Part shown: in pieces, positions 30,155 through 39,434 of the stretch
How positions within the stretch are numbered: the first letter of the stretch is position 1
How the letters are laid out: every line of letters starts with the position of its first letter
NCBI GenBank assembly: GCA_965277405.1
Contig: OZ255726.1
Span: 1,600,001 to 1,664,000, forward strand
Direction: 5' to 3'
Source of the DNA: Gammaproteobacteria bacterium
GTDB taxonomy: Bacteria > Pseudomonadota > Gammaproteobacteria > G965277405
Length of the DNA: 64,000 nucleotides
Translations under genes and position numbers: made by a program
The notes under the pieces: generated by a model
Database searches by the model: none
Told to the model about the DNA's origin: nothing
The model's input: only the letters and a program-made list of their open reading frames with translations

Positions 30155-30823
30155 GTGCATGACGCGGTGTTACACCGCATTCATAGCCGTGAATGGCAGC
30201 CAGGGGGTAAGATTCCCAAGGAAGCCGACCTTGCTGAACAGTTAGGCTGCGCGCGCGCCACGGTCAACCGCGCATTGCGCCAGCTCGCAGCTGACGGTTT
30301 TTTGGAGCGCCGCCGCAAAGCCGGAACCCGCGTTGCCGCCTATCCGGTCAAACGAGTCAAACTTAATATTCCGGTGATCCGGCTTGAGATCGAGGGTCGC
30401 GGTCAGCAATACGAGTATGACCTGCTAGCTAGCCAACGCCGCCATCCGCCACCAGCAATATGCGCCGAGCTTAGGGTCACGCCCGCAAGCGATATGCTGT
30501 ATATCACCTCGTTACATTTGGCCGATGGCAGACCGTATATGTTTGAAGAACGCTGGGTAGCGGTTGCGGCTATACCGCAAATCGTCACTGCCGACCTGGC
30601 TACAATAAGTGCCAATGAATGGCTGGTGCTGCATGCGCCCTATACCAAGGGCTGCATGTCATTTTCTGCAGTGCTGGCATCAGCTAACGACGCTAGTATC
30701 CTGCGCACCAACAAGGATGCGCCGCTATTTTTGATTAACCGTAACACGTGGGCAGGCGATCGTGGCATTACATCGGTGCGGCTGTTATTTGCTCCTGGCT
30801 ACCGCATGCACATTGGCATTTAA
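30155..30823 (+). CDS. hutC: GntR/UTRA transcriptional regulator (start may be CTG at 30122)
   Basis: IPKEADLAEQLGCARATVNRALRQL HTH plus UTRA domain; adjacent to hut genes. Confidence 0.88.
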   Translation: MHDAVLHRIHSREWQPGGKIPKEADLAEQLGCARATVNRALRQLAADGFLERRRKAGTRVAAYPVKRVKLNIPVIRLEIEGRGQQYEYDLLASQRRHPPPAICAELRVTPASDMLYITSLHLADGRPYMFEERWVAVAAIPQIVTADLATISANEWLVLHAPYTKGCMSFSAVLASANDASILRTNKDAPLFLINRNTWAGDRGITSVRLLFAPGYRMHIGI

Positions 30824-30837
30824 TTTTTTTGAATTAG

Positions 30838-31074
30838 GGAAACGCTGATTAACTCGCTGCTGGGGCGAGTTGGCTGCAATTGCTGATGATTGCCAGGCGC
30901 AAACCCAAAGTATATTCAACACAACGACGGGAAAAAGACTGAGCTAACTTCGTTGCAGCACTTGGCAGCACCCACAAGTCCCCACCAGTGTTAGCTGCGC
31001 ACGCACCTTGCTATCCATCAGCCATCTAGCGTTGTTGCTGCGTCTCGCCCGTCATGGACTTAATCAGAGCTTCC
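30838..31074 (+). mobile_element. Shortened MITE copy between convergent hutC and the helicase; overlaps the helicase 3' end
   Basis: TTAG|GGAAACGCTGATTAACTC...GACTTAATCAGAGCTTCC|TTAG; internal deletion in arm 1. Confidence 0.9.
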
Positions 31075-32611
31075 TTAGGTCGATAACCCTGCCAAGATGG
31101 AAGATGCGGTTGTCGTTGTGTTGGTGGCAGAATACTCGTAGTCCTGCAAATGTTTTGCCATTGTGGTGTTCTTCGCCTGTGCTAATGGGGGTGATGACGC
31201 GGGTGCTTTTGCTATCGTTGGGTTTGAGGTAGGTCATTGTCAGGTCGCGTTTATCGGCAATAGCTTGTTGCAGGATTGCTGTTTTTTCTGAGTTTGGAAA
31301 ACTCGCTGCAATGCGCTGATATGTTAAGTTGGTCATAAAGTTGCAGATAGTAGGATCAGTGCGAATATGTTGGCTCTTAATAGGCACTTCAAGGCGAATA
31401 CCAGCCAGCGATGTGCAGCGACTCATCGCGACATATAATTGCCCGCATGCGAAGGTGCCTCTGCCAATATCAATGCATATTTTTTCGAATGTTTTGCCTT
31501 GGCTTTTGTGAATCGTGACTGCCCATGCCAGCCGCATTGGCAATTGAGTAAAGCTGCCAATTGGTTCTGCAATCATTTCGTCATCAATCACGCTAAATGT
31601 ATAGACCTCCCAGGTGTGGGCGGTAACGGTGACAGTTTTGTTATTGTCGCGCAGTTGCACGCGTAAGCTTTTCTCTGCGTCTTTGTCAACATTTCGTGAT
31701 TTAATAATCCCAATCGAGCCGTTATACCAGCGGTCTTCTTGGTCGTTATTTAACATCATTATTTGCGAGCCTATTTTGTAATGTAGCTCGGTTGCTGTGG
31801 GGTAGTATTCTCGTCCAAAATCCCCCTTAATCGTGGCAATGTTGCTGTGTTGTTTGCCTTTAAGCCGTTGGAGATGGGCGACATTGATTTCGTCTGCTTT
31901 TTGGTTGGTGGGGGTCAGTGTTATGGCAATTTCTTTCGTGTTAACGGTGCTTTGCTGGTCGTGTTGTTGATTGAGTACATGCAAATCTGCAGCGGTTGTT
32001 GAGTTATTGCGGACACGGTTGAGAATGTCTACAAATTGTTGATCGCGTTGTCGATAGACTTTTTCCAACTCAATGTACTCAAGCTGTGTGTGTTGCAGTG
32101 CATGCGCACTAAAGAAGTATGGTGACGGGTAGAGTTCGTTGTAACAGTCGCGTTCGTTGTTATTCACTACTGGTGGCAGTTGATATAAGTCGCCAATAAA
32201 CACCATTTGCACCCCACCAAATGGTTGTTGTTGATACGGTCCATACCGTTGTAAAAATGTATCTATACAGTCGAGTAAATCGGCACGCAACATTGATACT
32301 TCGTCGATGATTATTACTTTGAGATTTTTGAGTACTTCAGGATTTTTGAGATGCGCGCGCCGTGTGCGAATTTTGTCTGGGGTGATATCAATCGAAAAAT
32401 TAAAAAACCGATGAATTGTCTGCCCTTTGACATTTATTGCGGCAACACCTGTTGGAGCAAGGACTACTGGTTTTTTTTTGGTGTTGTTACAAAAATATTC
32501 AAGCAGGGTCGACTTTCCTGTACCTGCTTTTCCTGAAATAAAGATATGCGATGCTGATGATTCCAAGGCGTCGAGCGCTTGTTGAAACGCATGGTTTATT
32601 TCAATCAGCAT
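31064..32611 (-). CDS. Pif1-family SF1B helicase with C-terminal WYL-like domain
   Basis: GKAGTGKST, LAPTGVAA, IIDEVSM, GDLYQLPPV, AWAVTIHKSQG and YVAMSR. Tail LQQAI...MTY...R.ITP...FCH...RIFHLGRV. Confidence 0.85.
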   Translation of the reverse strand: MLIEINHAFQQALDALESSASHIFISGKAGTGKSTLLEYFCNNTKKKPVVLAPTGVAAINVKGQTIHRFFNFSIDITPDKIRTRRAHLKNPEVLKNLKVIIIDEVSMLRADLLDCIDTFLQRYGPYQQQPFGGVQMVFIGDLYQLPPVVNNNERDCYNELYPSPYFFSAHALQHTQLEYIELEKVYRQRDQQFVDILNRVRNNSTTAADLHVLNQQHDQQSTVNTKEIAITLTPTNQKADEINVAHLQRLKGKQHSNIATIKGDFGREYYPTATELHYKIGSQIMMLNNDQEDRWYNGSIGIIKSRNVDKDAEKSLRVQLRDNNKTVTVTAHTWEVYTFSVIDDEMIAEPIGSFTQLPMRLAWAVTIHKSQGKTFEKICIDIGRGTFACGQLYVAMSRCTSLAGIRLEVPIKSQHIRTDPTICNFMTNLTYQRIAASFPNSEKTAILQQAIADKRDLTMTYLKPNDSKSTRVITPISTGEEHHNGKTFAGLRVFCHQHNDNRIFHLGRVIDLRKL

Positions 32612-32655
32612 CAGTTAGCGGCTCCGTAATACATTGTGTTTAGAAGAAATTTTGC

Positions 32656-33507
32656 GTGTTGTTTATTAGCATGATTATTATAGTATCGCAACATTCTGCT
32701 GTTACTATGTATCAGCATACTCAAGTCTGCAAATATATTGATATGTCTTTTTATAACGCTGTTGAATTTCTATACAAAGCAATCCCTTGGGGACGACTGG
32801 CTGCGCTAAGCTTGATCATTATCTGGTTTGCCGCGCCAATCGCAGGGTTGCTGTATCAAATATGGGATGTTAGCCACGCTGGGTTGACGCTACTTACCAC
32901 GGTTACGACAGCGTGGCAGCAACTACAAGTGTTGCTAACAAGCGGATGGAGCACATTGGTTGGCATTGGCATTGGATTACCAGTTGTTGCGCTTATTGGC
33001 GCCTTAAATGCTTTTGCAGTGGTGTTTTTACATTTTTCTGGCAAACGCGTGGTCGTTGCTTTGCTTTGGTGTAGTTGCTATATTCCTTGGGTGTTGTGGG
33101 TGGTGACTTTACAAGAATTTACTGTCTTAGGGTATGTGGCGACAGTGGTTGCGATAGGCATTGGACCTATCAGTATTGTCAATATGTATATATTTCGATT
33201 TGTTCCAGGCAATATTCAACGGCATGCGCTGCTTCAAGGTGTCGCACTGTGGTATGTGGCGTTGCGGTTGATACCACAATATGTGTATAAACCAATGGTT
33301 GCTGCGCTGTTATTTTTTATGGTATTGATTGCAGGTAACCTGCAATTGATACAAATAATGACGGATACAGGCTCGCTAGCTCATATATTCATAGCAGTAT
33401 CTCCCGTCATTCAATTGCTGTTCGTGCTACTGTTTGTGGGTGCTGCAGCTGTGATATATACATTAGCTACGCCAGTAATACCGCCGCACAAGCGTGCAAA
33501 TTCATGA
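32656..33507 (+). CDS. Highly diverged ABC-permease-like membrane protein
   Basis: Six or more TM helices and a degenerate EAA-loop region (RFVPGNIQRHALLQG); start uncertain. Confidence 0.45.
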   Translation: MLFISMIIIVSQHSAVTMYQHTQVCKYIDMSFYNAVEFLYKAIPWGRLAALSLIIIWFAAPIAGLLYQIWDVSHAGLTLLTTVTTAWQQLQVLLTSGWSTLVGIGIGLPVVALIGALNAFAVVFLHFSGKRVVVALLWCSCYIPWVLWVVTLQEFTVLGYVATVVAIGIGPISIVNMYIFRFVPGNIQRHALLQGVALWYVALRLIPQYVYKPMVAALLFFMVLIAGNLQLIQIMTDTGSLAHIFIAVSPVIQLLFVLLFVGAAAVIYTLATPVIPPHKRANS

Positions 33508-34505
33508 TTATTGCTCTGCTGTTTGCAGCTGCCCTTACTGTATTGATAGTGTTGGTTATGCGGCGAATGAGCCGCTTATATGTTGTTGCGAGTCATACGA
33601 TTGATGCGTCGCTTGAAGCCGTGTGGCAGGCCGTGAGTGATTTGCGGAATTGGCAGCATTGGAATCCGTGGATTATTCACGAGCCCAACGCGCAAGTGAT
33701 ATATGCGGATGATGCTGTCGATCAAATAGGCAGTTGGTATAGCTGGAACGGCAAACATATTGGTTCTGGAATGTTGACGCATACTGCAATCGTCTCCGAA
33801 CAACGTGTCGATTGTATGCTGCGTTGCGTCGCAGTTGTAAAGTTGACCGCACGCATAACTTTTCTGTTTGAGCAAACCGCAGATGGTGTTGCGGTAACGT
33901 GGCGGATGAGCGGTGGGCTACCGTTCTTCTTATTTATGATCGCCAACATGGTCACTGAATCGCTGCAGCGAGACTATCAGCTTGGGCTGTTGCGCTTGGA
34001 TCAACATCTCAACCCAAATGCTCAAATGTGTGCTATGGCATTTGATGGAGTGGTAGCGCTCGCAGCGTTAGCTGTTGTTAGCAACCGGTTTACACGGAAG
34101 TTTGCCCAACTGGCAATACACATGCAGCATGCATGGATACCACTGTTAGATGCTCAAGCTGTTGGAGAGTTTGCAGCAGAGGGATTATTGATGAGCGCGT
34201 ATATGAACACCAGCCGTAGAAAACAAGCTGTTGATGCATTTGTCGCTGTTGCTGTGAGTGGTGAACCTGTTGTTGAGTTACCATTGGAGGTGGCTAGATT
34301 GGATGGCGGAAAATTTTTTAAGATTACGTATAATGGTGACTACACATTCATGACGATGGTATGGAACAGTGCTATGAACCATTTGCAAATGTATGCATAT
34401 TCAATAGATACGAAACGTCATACTCGAGAGGTCTATTTGGTTGGACCAAACGATGAATCTGATCCAAATAAGTGGGTAACACAGCTGTATATCCCCATTA
34501 AATAG
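33504..34505 (+). CDS. SRPBCC plus GyrI-like small-molecule-binding domain protein
   Basis: IDASLEAVWQAVSDLRNWQHWNPW and YSWNG; C-terminal YNGDY...REVYLVGP..W.TQLYIPIK. Confidence 0.8.
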   Translation: MIIALLFAAALTVLIVLVMRRMSRLYVVASHTIDASLEAVWQAVSDLRNWQHWNPWIIHEPNAQVIYADDAVDQIGSWYSWNGKHIGSGMLTHTAIVSEQRVDCMLRCVAVVKLTARITFLFEQTADGVAVTWRMSGGLPFFLFMIANMVTESLQRDYQLGLLRLDQHLNPNAQMCAMAFDGVVALAALAVVSNRFTRKFAQLAIHMQHAWIPLLDAQAVGEFAAEGLLMSAYMNTSRRKQAVDAFVAVAVSGEPVVELPLEVARLDGGKFFKITYNGDYTFMTMVWNSAMNHLQMYAYSIDTKRHTREVYLVGPNDESDPNKWVTQLYIPIK

Positions 34506-34507
34506 TG

Positions 34508-35797
34508 ATGAGCATACACACCCTAATTCCACAAATTACTCCATATATTAAAGCGCACGCGCAGACGACGGTAGTGTTTTTTATTACAGGTGCTGCGTTT
34601 GCATCGAGCAATTTTTCTGGGTTAATGCAAGAAATAAAGCTCGCACATGCGTTGGGTATGCGTTGTATTTTGGTCTGTGGCGCCCGCCTGCAAATTGATG
34701 CGGCTATGCAGGCTGCTGGCAAAACATTCACTATGCATGCGAATCGTCGCATTACTAGTGCAGATGATATGCCATTGATTGCCCAAGTCGTCACTGCACT
34801 GCGATTGCGTGTGCAGCAGGAGTTTTCTAAAGCAGCTAGCACGCCGCCGTATGCCAGCAATGACCAACTCGTTGTTTGGGGGAATACGGTAATTGCCCGG
34901 CCAATTGGCATAATTAACGGTGTAGATTTTCAACACAGCGGGCGCGTGCGCACTGTGCAACATGCCGCGATTAATAAATTATTAGACGCAGGCTGCATCG
35001 TCGCACTGGATCCGTTAATGGCGTCACGCACAGGGCTATTGTATAACCTTAGCACCGCAGCAATTGTGCTGGCTATGGTCAAGCTCACAGCCGTTGATAA
35101 ATTAGTAGTCTGCGCTGAAATTGGCAAATTACGTAGTAAGGGCGAGCTTGGTAATTGGAGCAGGGCAGCGGTCAGGCAAGCCGCAGCAACGGCGCCGCCG
35201 GCACATGCGGCATTGCTAGAGCTGATGTATACAGCAAGCAAAAATGTGCGGGTGCATTGTATTGATTGCCACGAATCAGGGGCGTTGTTAAATGAATTAT
35301 ACACCCGCGATGGCAGCGGTATCATGATTGACGATGAATACCAACAAGTCATTCAAGCGCAGCAAACGGATATTGCTGATTTGATGCAACTGCTGATTGA
35401 CCCAATGGAGCAAGAAGAGATGCGCTACCGTGATGCTTCGGAGATAGAATCTCTACTTAAATATTTTTGGTTGTTGCAACGAGACAAAAAAACCATTGCC
35501 TGCGCAGCACTCAAGCCGTTTGGTCAGCAACAGGCAGAGATATTTTGTTTTACTGTAGCGCCAGATTATCGCAGTCAAGGGATCGGCCGTGAGTTGTTAC
35601 ATGCTGTTGAACAGCAAGCACGGCAGGTAGGTCAAGCACGGCAGGTAGTTAATGTGCAGGTGTTTTTGTATACTTCGCAAACCAAGGAATGGTATTGTGA
35701 GCAAGGGTATGAACACGTTGGCAACGATATATTGCCAGCTGGACATAGCTATGATGCGACCCGTGGGTCTTCAATTTTGCGAAAAATTTTACGATGA
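34508..35797 (+). CDS. argA: Amino-acid N-acetyltransferase (N-acetylglutamate synthase)
   Basis: PYIKAH, LVCGARLQID, ARPIGIINGVDFQHSGRVR, GALLNELYTRDGSG and a GNAT domain. Confidence 0.85.
   Translation: MSIHTLIPQITPYIKAHAQTTVVFFITGAAFASSNFSGLMQEIKLAHALGMRCILVCGARLQIDAAMQAAGKTFTMHANRRITSADDMPLIAQVVTALRLRVQQEFSKAASTPPYASNDQLVVWGNTVIARPIGIINGVDFQHSGRVRTVQHAAINKLLDAGCIVALDPLMASRTGLLYNLSTAAIVLAMVKLTAVDKLVVCAEIGKLRSKGELGNWSRAAVRQAAATAPPAHAALLELMYTASKNVRVHCIDCHESGALLNELYTRDGSGIMIDDEYQQVIQAQQTDIADLMQLLIDPMEQEEMRYRDASEIESLLKYFWLLQRDKKTIACAALKPFGQQQAEIFCFTVAPDYRSQGIGRELLHAVEQQARQVGQARQVVNVQVFLYTSQTKEWYCEQGYEHVGNDILPAGHSYDATRGSSILRKILR
35615..35648 (+). repeat. 18-bp-period in-frame tandem duplication in argA (QARQVG QARQVV)
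   Basis: CAAGCACGGCAGGTAG occurs twice. Confidence 0.9.
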
Positions 35798-36129
35798 AAC
35801 GCATCTATCAAGCATTATTGAACTCATGGGCAGGCTGCCAAGTGGTATTTGCTGAAAAAGCATTCAAACAAGAGCTGGTGTTGGCGGTGGTGCTCATTCC
35901 ATTGAGCTGGTTTATCGCAGCGACCCCAGTAGAATTTTTATTATTAAATCATGCGTTGCTGCAAGTATTACTCGCAGAAATATTCAACACAGCAATCGAA
36001 AGTTGCATCGACCGTGTCGGTCCTGAAATCCACAGATTCTCAAAAATGGCAAAAGACTTAGGCTCGCTAGCAGTTATGCTGGCAATGTTGTGGTTATTGA
36101 TTGTCTGGTGCGTCATTATCTATCTATGA
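35794..36129 (+). CDS. dgkA: Diacylglycerol kinase
   Basis: EKAFKQE, EIFNTAIE and AKDLGSLAV. Confidence 0.93.
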   Translation: MKRIYQALLNSWAGCQVVFAEKAFKQELVLAVVLIPLSWFIAATPVEFLLLNHALLQVLLAEIFNTAIESCIDRVGPEIHRFSKMAKDLGSLAVMLAMLWLLIVWCVIIYL

Positions 36130-37697
36130 AACAGCACGAAAGACGAATTATTGATGCGCGACTTGATGGTGTTTTGGTTGCAGAGTACGCCAAGCAACAA
36201 CAGCCAAGCAGCCAGATTATTGGCAGGCGTGGGGTGTTGGCAATGCAAGCTGGCGATATTGAAGTTGATTTTAGCAGGCATTGCATCAGTCAAGTGGGCT
36301 TGGAGGCATTGTATCAAATTGCGGCAAAGGCCAATATCCAGCGGCAGTTTAGCCAAATGTGCAAGGGGGAGATTGTCAATGTCAGCGAGCAGCGACCCGC
36401 ATGGCATACTCAATTACGCGTGCCGCGACGGGAACAAGGCAAATCCGCACAACAGATGTTCGAACAAATGGAACGGATTGTTGCTATGGTTCGTGATGGC
36501 ACTTGGCTTGGTGTGAATAGCAAACCAATACGAACGATTGTGAATATCGGTATTGGGGGCTCTTCATTAGGACCAGATTTTGGCTATGATGCCTTGGCAG
36601 ATGACAACAGTTTACCACTGTTGCAGCTCGCCAATATTGACCCTGCGGCAATTGCGGGAGTATTAGGGAAAATCGACATTGCTACCACGCTGTTTATTGT
36701 CGTGTCAAAATCTTTGCAAACCCAGGAAACCCATGCAAATTTGCAGGCGATTCGCCAATATTGGCAGCTGCATTATCCTGAAGATGCTTTTTGGCAGCAA
36801 GCGATTGCGGTGACCGCCGCTTGGCAACAGGCGTTGCAGCTTGGGTTTAGGACAAACGCGATTGTGCCGATGTATGACTGGATCGGTGGGCGGTTTTCGT
36901 TGTGGTCTGCCGCAGGGCTGAGTATCGCCATAGCAGTTGGCTGGGTGGCATTTAGTGGCTTGTTGACTGGTGGTAATATTATCGATGAGCATGCCCAGCA
37001 CAGCCCCGCACAACAGAATATGCCGCTGACTATGGCATTGCTTGGATTTTGGTATAAGCAATATTGGCGCTGCCAAACGGAAGCGTTGTTGGTGTATAGC
37101 CATCGGCTGCGCAAATTTCCTGAATATTGCCAGCAGTTGACAATGGAAAGCAACGGCAAGAGTGTGGATATTGATGGCAAAGTGATTCACTACCCAACCG
37201 CCAGCATTGTCTGGGGTGGGGAGAATACTAATGGACAGCACGCATTCCACCAACTCCTCCACCAAGGTAGCCATGTTGTACCAGCAGATTTTATTCTGCC
37301 TTTGGTAACGGATACGCTCGATGGCGTCGACACTGCAGCGATGCACGCTGCATTGGTCGCCAATGCTTTGGCGCAGGCTAAGGCGTTTTCAGCAGGCGAG
37401 CAGCCTGATAATCCGTATGGACAAGTTCCAGGCAATAAACCGTGTTCAATAATTAGTTTTGGTGCTGTTTCACCAATTAGTGTCGGCGGGCTTGTGGCGT
37501 TGTATGAACATAAAACCGTGTTTGAGGCGCTGCTTTGCAACATCAATCCCTTCGATCAATTTGGCGTATTACTTGGTAAAAAACTCGCAACAAACATATT
37601 AACCAGCATGCACAACAGCCAACAAACGGACGTATTAACAACACGGTTATTGCGGCGGCATCGCCAATATAACGCAACCTTAGGAAGCTCTGATTAA
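36126..37697 (+). CDS. pgi: Glucose-6-phosphate isomerase (stop codon supplied by a MITE)
   Basis: NIGIGGSSLG, DWIGGRFSLWSA, QQLTMESNGK, GQHAFHQLLHQG and INPFDQFGV. Confidence 0.93.
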   Translation: MKQHERRIIDARLDGVLVAEYAKQQQPSSQIIGRRGVLAMQAGDIEVDFSRHCISQVGLEALYQIAAKANIQRQFSQMCKGEIVNVSEQRPAWHTQLRVPRREQGKSAQQMFEQMERIVAMVRDGTWLGVNSKPIRTIVNIGIGGSSLGPDFGYDALADDNSLPLLQLANIDPAAIAGVLGKIDIATTLFIVVSKSLQTQETHANLQAIRQYWQLHYPEDAFWQQAIAVTAAWQQALQLGFRTNAIVPMYDWIGGRFSLWSAAGLSIAIAVGWVAFSGLLTGGNIIDEHAQHSPAQQNMPLTMALLGFWYKQYWRCQTEALLVYSHRLRKFPEYCQQLTMESNGKSVDIDGKVIHYPTASIVWGGENTNGQHAFHQLLHQGSHVVPADFILPLVTDTLDGVDTAAMHAALVANALAQAKAFSAGEQPDNPYGQVPGNKPCSIISFGAVSPISVGGLVALYEHKTVFEALLCNINPFDQFGVLLGKKLATNILTSMHNSQQTDVLTTRLLRRHRQYNATLGSSD

Positions 37698-37969
37698 GTC
37701 CATGACGGGCGAGACGGAGAAAAAACGCTGATGAAACTTAAGCGCAGTGCGCAGATAATACTGGTGGTCGTGTGGGTGTTGCCAAGTGCGGCAACGACGT
37801 TAGCACAGCGTTTTTTGCCGTCGTTGTGTTGAATATACTTTGGGTTTGCTGCAGCGGTACTTGCTGTGTTGCATCCCTGGGCGTATATGCTACGGCATGC
37901 GCTTAGCGCCTTGCAATCATCAGCAATTGCAGGCAAACCCGCTCCAGCAGCGAGTTAATCAGAGCTTCC
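37683..37969 (-). mobile_element. MITE copy joining the pgi 3' end to a yghU fragment
   Basis: CTTA|GGAAGCTCTGATTAAGTCCATG...GAGTTAATCAGAGCTTCC|TTAG; the 4-bp flanks do not match. Confidence 0.92.
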
Positions 37970-37971
37970 TT

Positions 37972-38232
37972 AGATTTTTATCTGGTGATGAATACACAAT
38001 TGCTGATATCGCGACATATCCGTGGTATGGGACATTGGTCATTGGTGAGCAATATGATGCGCAAGAGTTTCTTGATGTGCAAGGTTATACGCATGTTGCG
38101 CGCTGGGCTAATGAAATTCACAGCAGACCTGCTGTCATTCGTGGCTCGCGAGTGAATACAGCATGGGGACCAGCAGAAGAACAACTACATGAACGCCACA
38201 GCGCTGCTGATTTTACTACGTGTCCCAAGTAG
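37972..38232 (+). pseudogene. yghU: C-terminal fragment of a YghU-type glutathione-dependent disulfide oxidoreductase
   Basis: FLSGDEYTIADIATYPWYG...EFLDVQGY...RPAVIRG...QLHERHSAADF; the N-terminal part is absent. Confidence 0.8.
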
Positions 38233-38248
38233 TGTTCATGTTGATTTG

Positions 38249-39019
38249 TCAAAAAATATTGCGTTGCTGACGCAGGTATATAAACAGTTCAAACGCGGTT
38301 GCAATACCATGTGTTTTGCTAAATTTAGGCAGTAGTGCTTGGCAACGGAGAAATGGATTGATAGTGCGTTCAAGGCCGACTGTGGTTGGCACGCTGGGAA
38401 TATGCTGTTGCCGTTGTGCTATAACTTTGGCAGTGTGGGTTGTTATTGCTTGATTATCAGGGTCGAACTGCTGGGCAAAAGATAAGTTTTTTAACGTGTA
38501 TTCATGCGCGCAATACAACAACGTTTCAGCAGGCATTGCTGCAAATGTTTGCAGTGTTTGGTATAAATCTTTGCCGTCACTATCGTTGATGCGACCACAG
38601 CCGGCGCTAAAAATAACATCACCAGAAAACATCATTGGCGTATCGCCATCTTGGAATTGATAACTAATGTGTTCTCGCGTATGGCCTGGTGTGTCAAGCA
38701 CATGGACTTGGTAGTCGAATATTTCAATCACATCACCACCACGCACAATTGTGCGTGTTTGTGGCAGATCTGGTCCATATACTTGGGAGCAGCTTGGGTA
38801 TTTTGTGAACACTGCATTGGTTGCGCCAACATGGTCGCTATGGCGGTGGGTGAGCAATATTCCAAGAACGTTATATTGATGCCGTGTTAAAAATTCAAAT
38901 AATGGCGCCGCCTCACCTGGATCAACAACCCAAACATCGGCTGAATCTGGCTTGGCAAGCACCCAGATATAATTGTCAAGCGCGCCGACGAGTGCAGGGA
39001 TGGCGTGGATAGATAGCAT
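38249..39019 (-). CDS. gloB: Hydroxyacylglutathione hydrolase (glyoxalase II)
   Basis: DNYIW, VVDPGE, THRHSDHVG, TPGHT, FSGD..FSAGCGR and CAHEYT. Confidence 0.93.
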   Translation of the reverse strand: MLSIHAIPALVGALDNYIWVLAKPDSADVWVVDPGEAAPLFEFLTRHQYNVLGILLTHRHSDHVGATNAVFTKYPSCSQVYGPDLPQTRTIVRGGDVIEIFDYQVHVLDTPGHTREHISYQFQDGDTPMMFSGDVIFSAGCGRINDSDGKDLYQTLQTFAAMPAETLLYCAHEYTLKNLSFAQQFDPDNQAITTHTAKVIAQRQQHIPSVPTTVGLERTINPFLRCQALLPKFSKTHGIATAFELFIYLRQQRNIF

Positions 39020-39038
39020 ATTGTGTGGAGTAGTTTAG

Positions 39039-39325
39039 GGAAGCTCTGATTAAGTCCATGATGGGCGAGACGGAGAAAAAACGCTGATGATAACTAGGCG
39101 CAGTGCGCAGATAATACTGGTGGTATTATCAAGTGCTGCAACGACGTTAGCGCAGCGTTTTTTCCCGTCCTTCTGTTGAATATACTTTGGGTTTGCGGCA
39201 ATTGCTGTGCTTGCTGTGTTGCATCCCTTGGCGTATATGCTACGGCATGCGCCTGCGGAATGCGCCTTGCAATCATCAGCAATTGCCATCAAACTCGCTC
39301 CATCAGCGACTGAATCAGAGCTTCC
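39039..39325 (-). mobile_element. MITE copy in the divergent gloB / bhcA-like promoter region
   Basis: TTAG|GGAAGCTCTGATTAAGTCCATG...GACTGAATCAGAGCTTCC|TTAG. Confidence 0.95.
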
Positions 39326-39434
39326 TTAGTTTAGAGCTTGCCTAACATCTATTTTGGCAAGCCGCGCTTAGATTGTGTTATGAGTGTAGTCATATCCACA
39401 ATAGCTGATAATATGCTGCTGTACTAGACTCTTT

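Noticed and set aside
19729-30615. Numerous overlapping antisense and alternative-frame ORFs across the hut/TRAP block and other core genes
   Set aside because: Shadow ORFs expected in GC-richer coding DNA, with no recognisable motifs.
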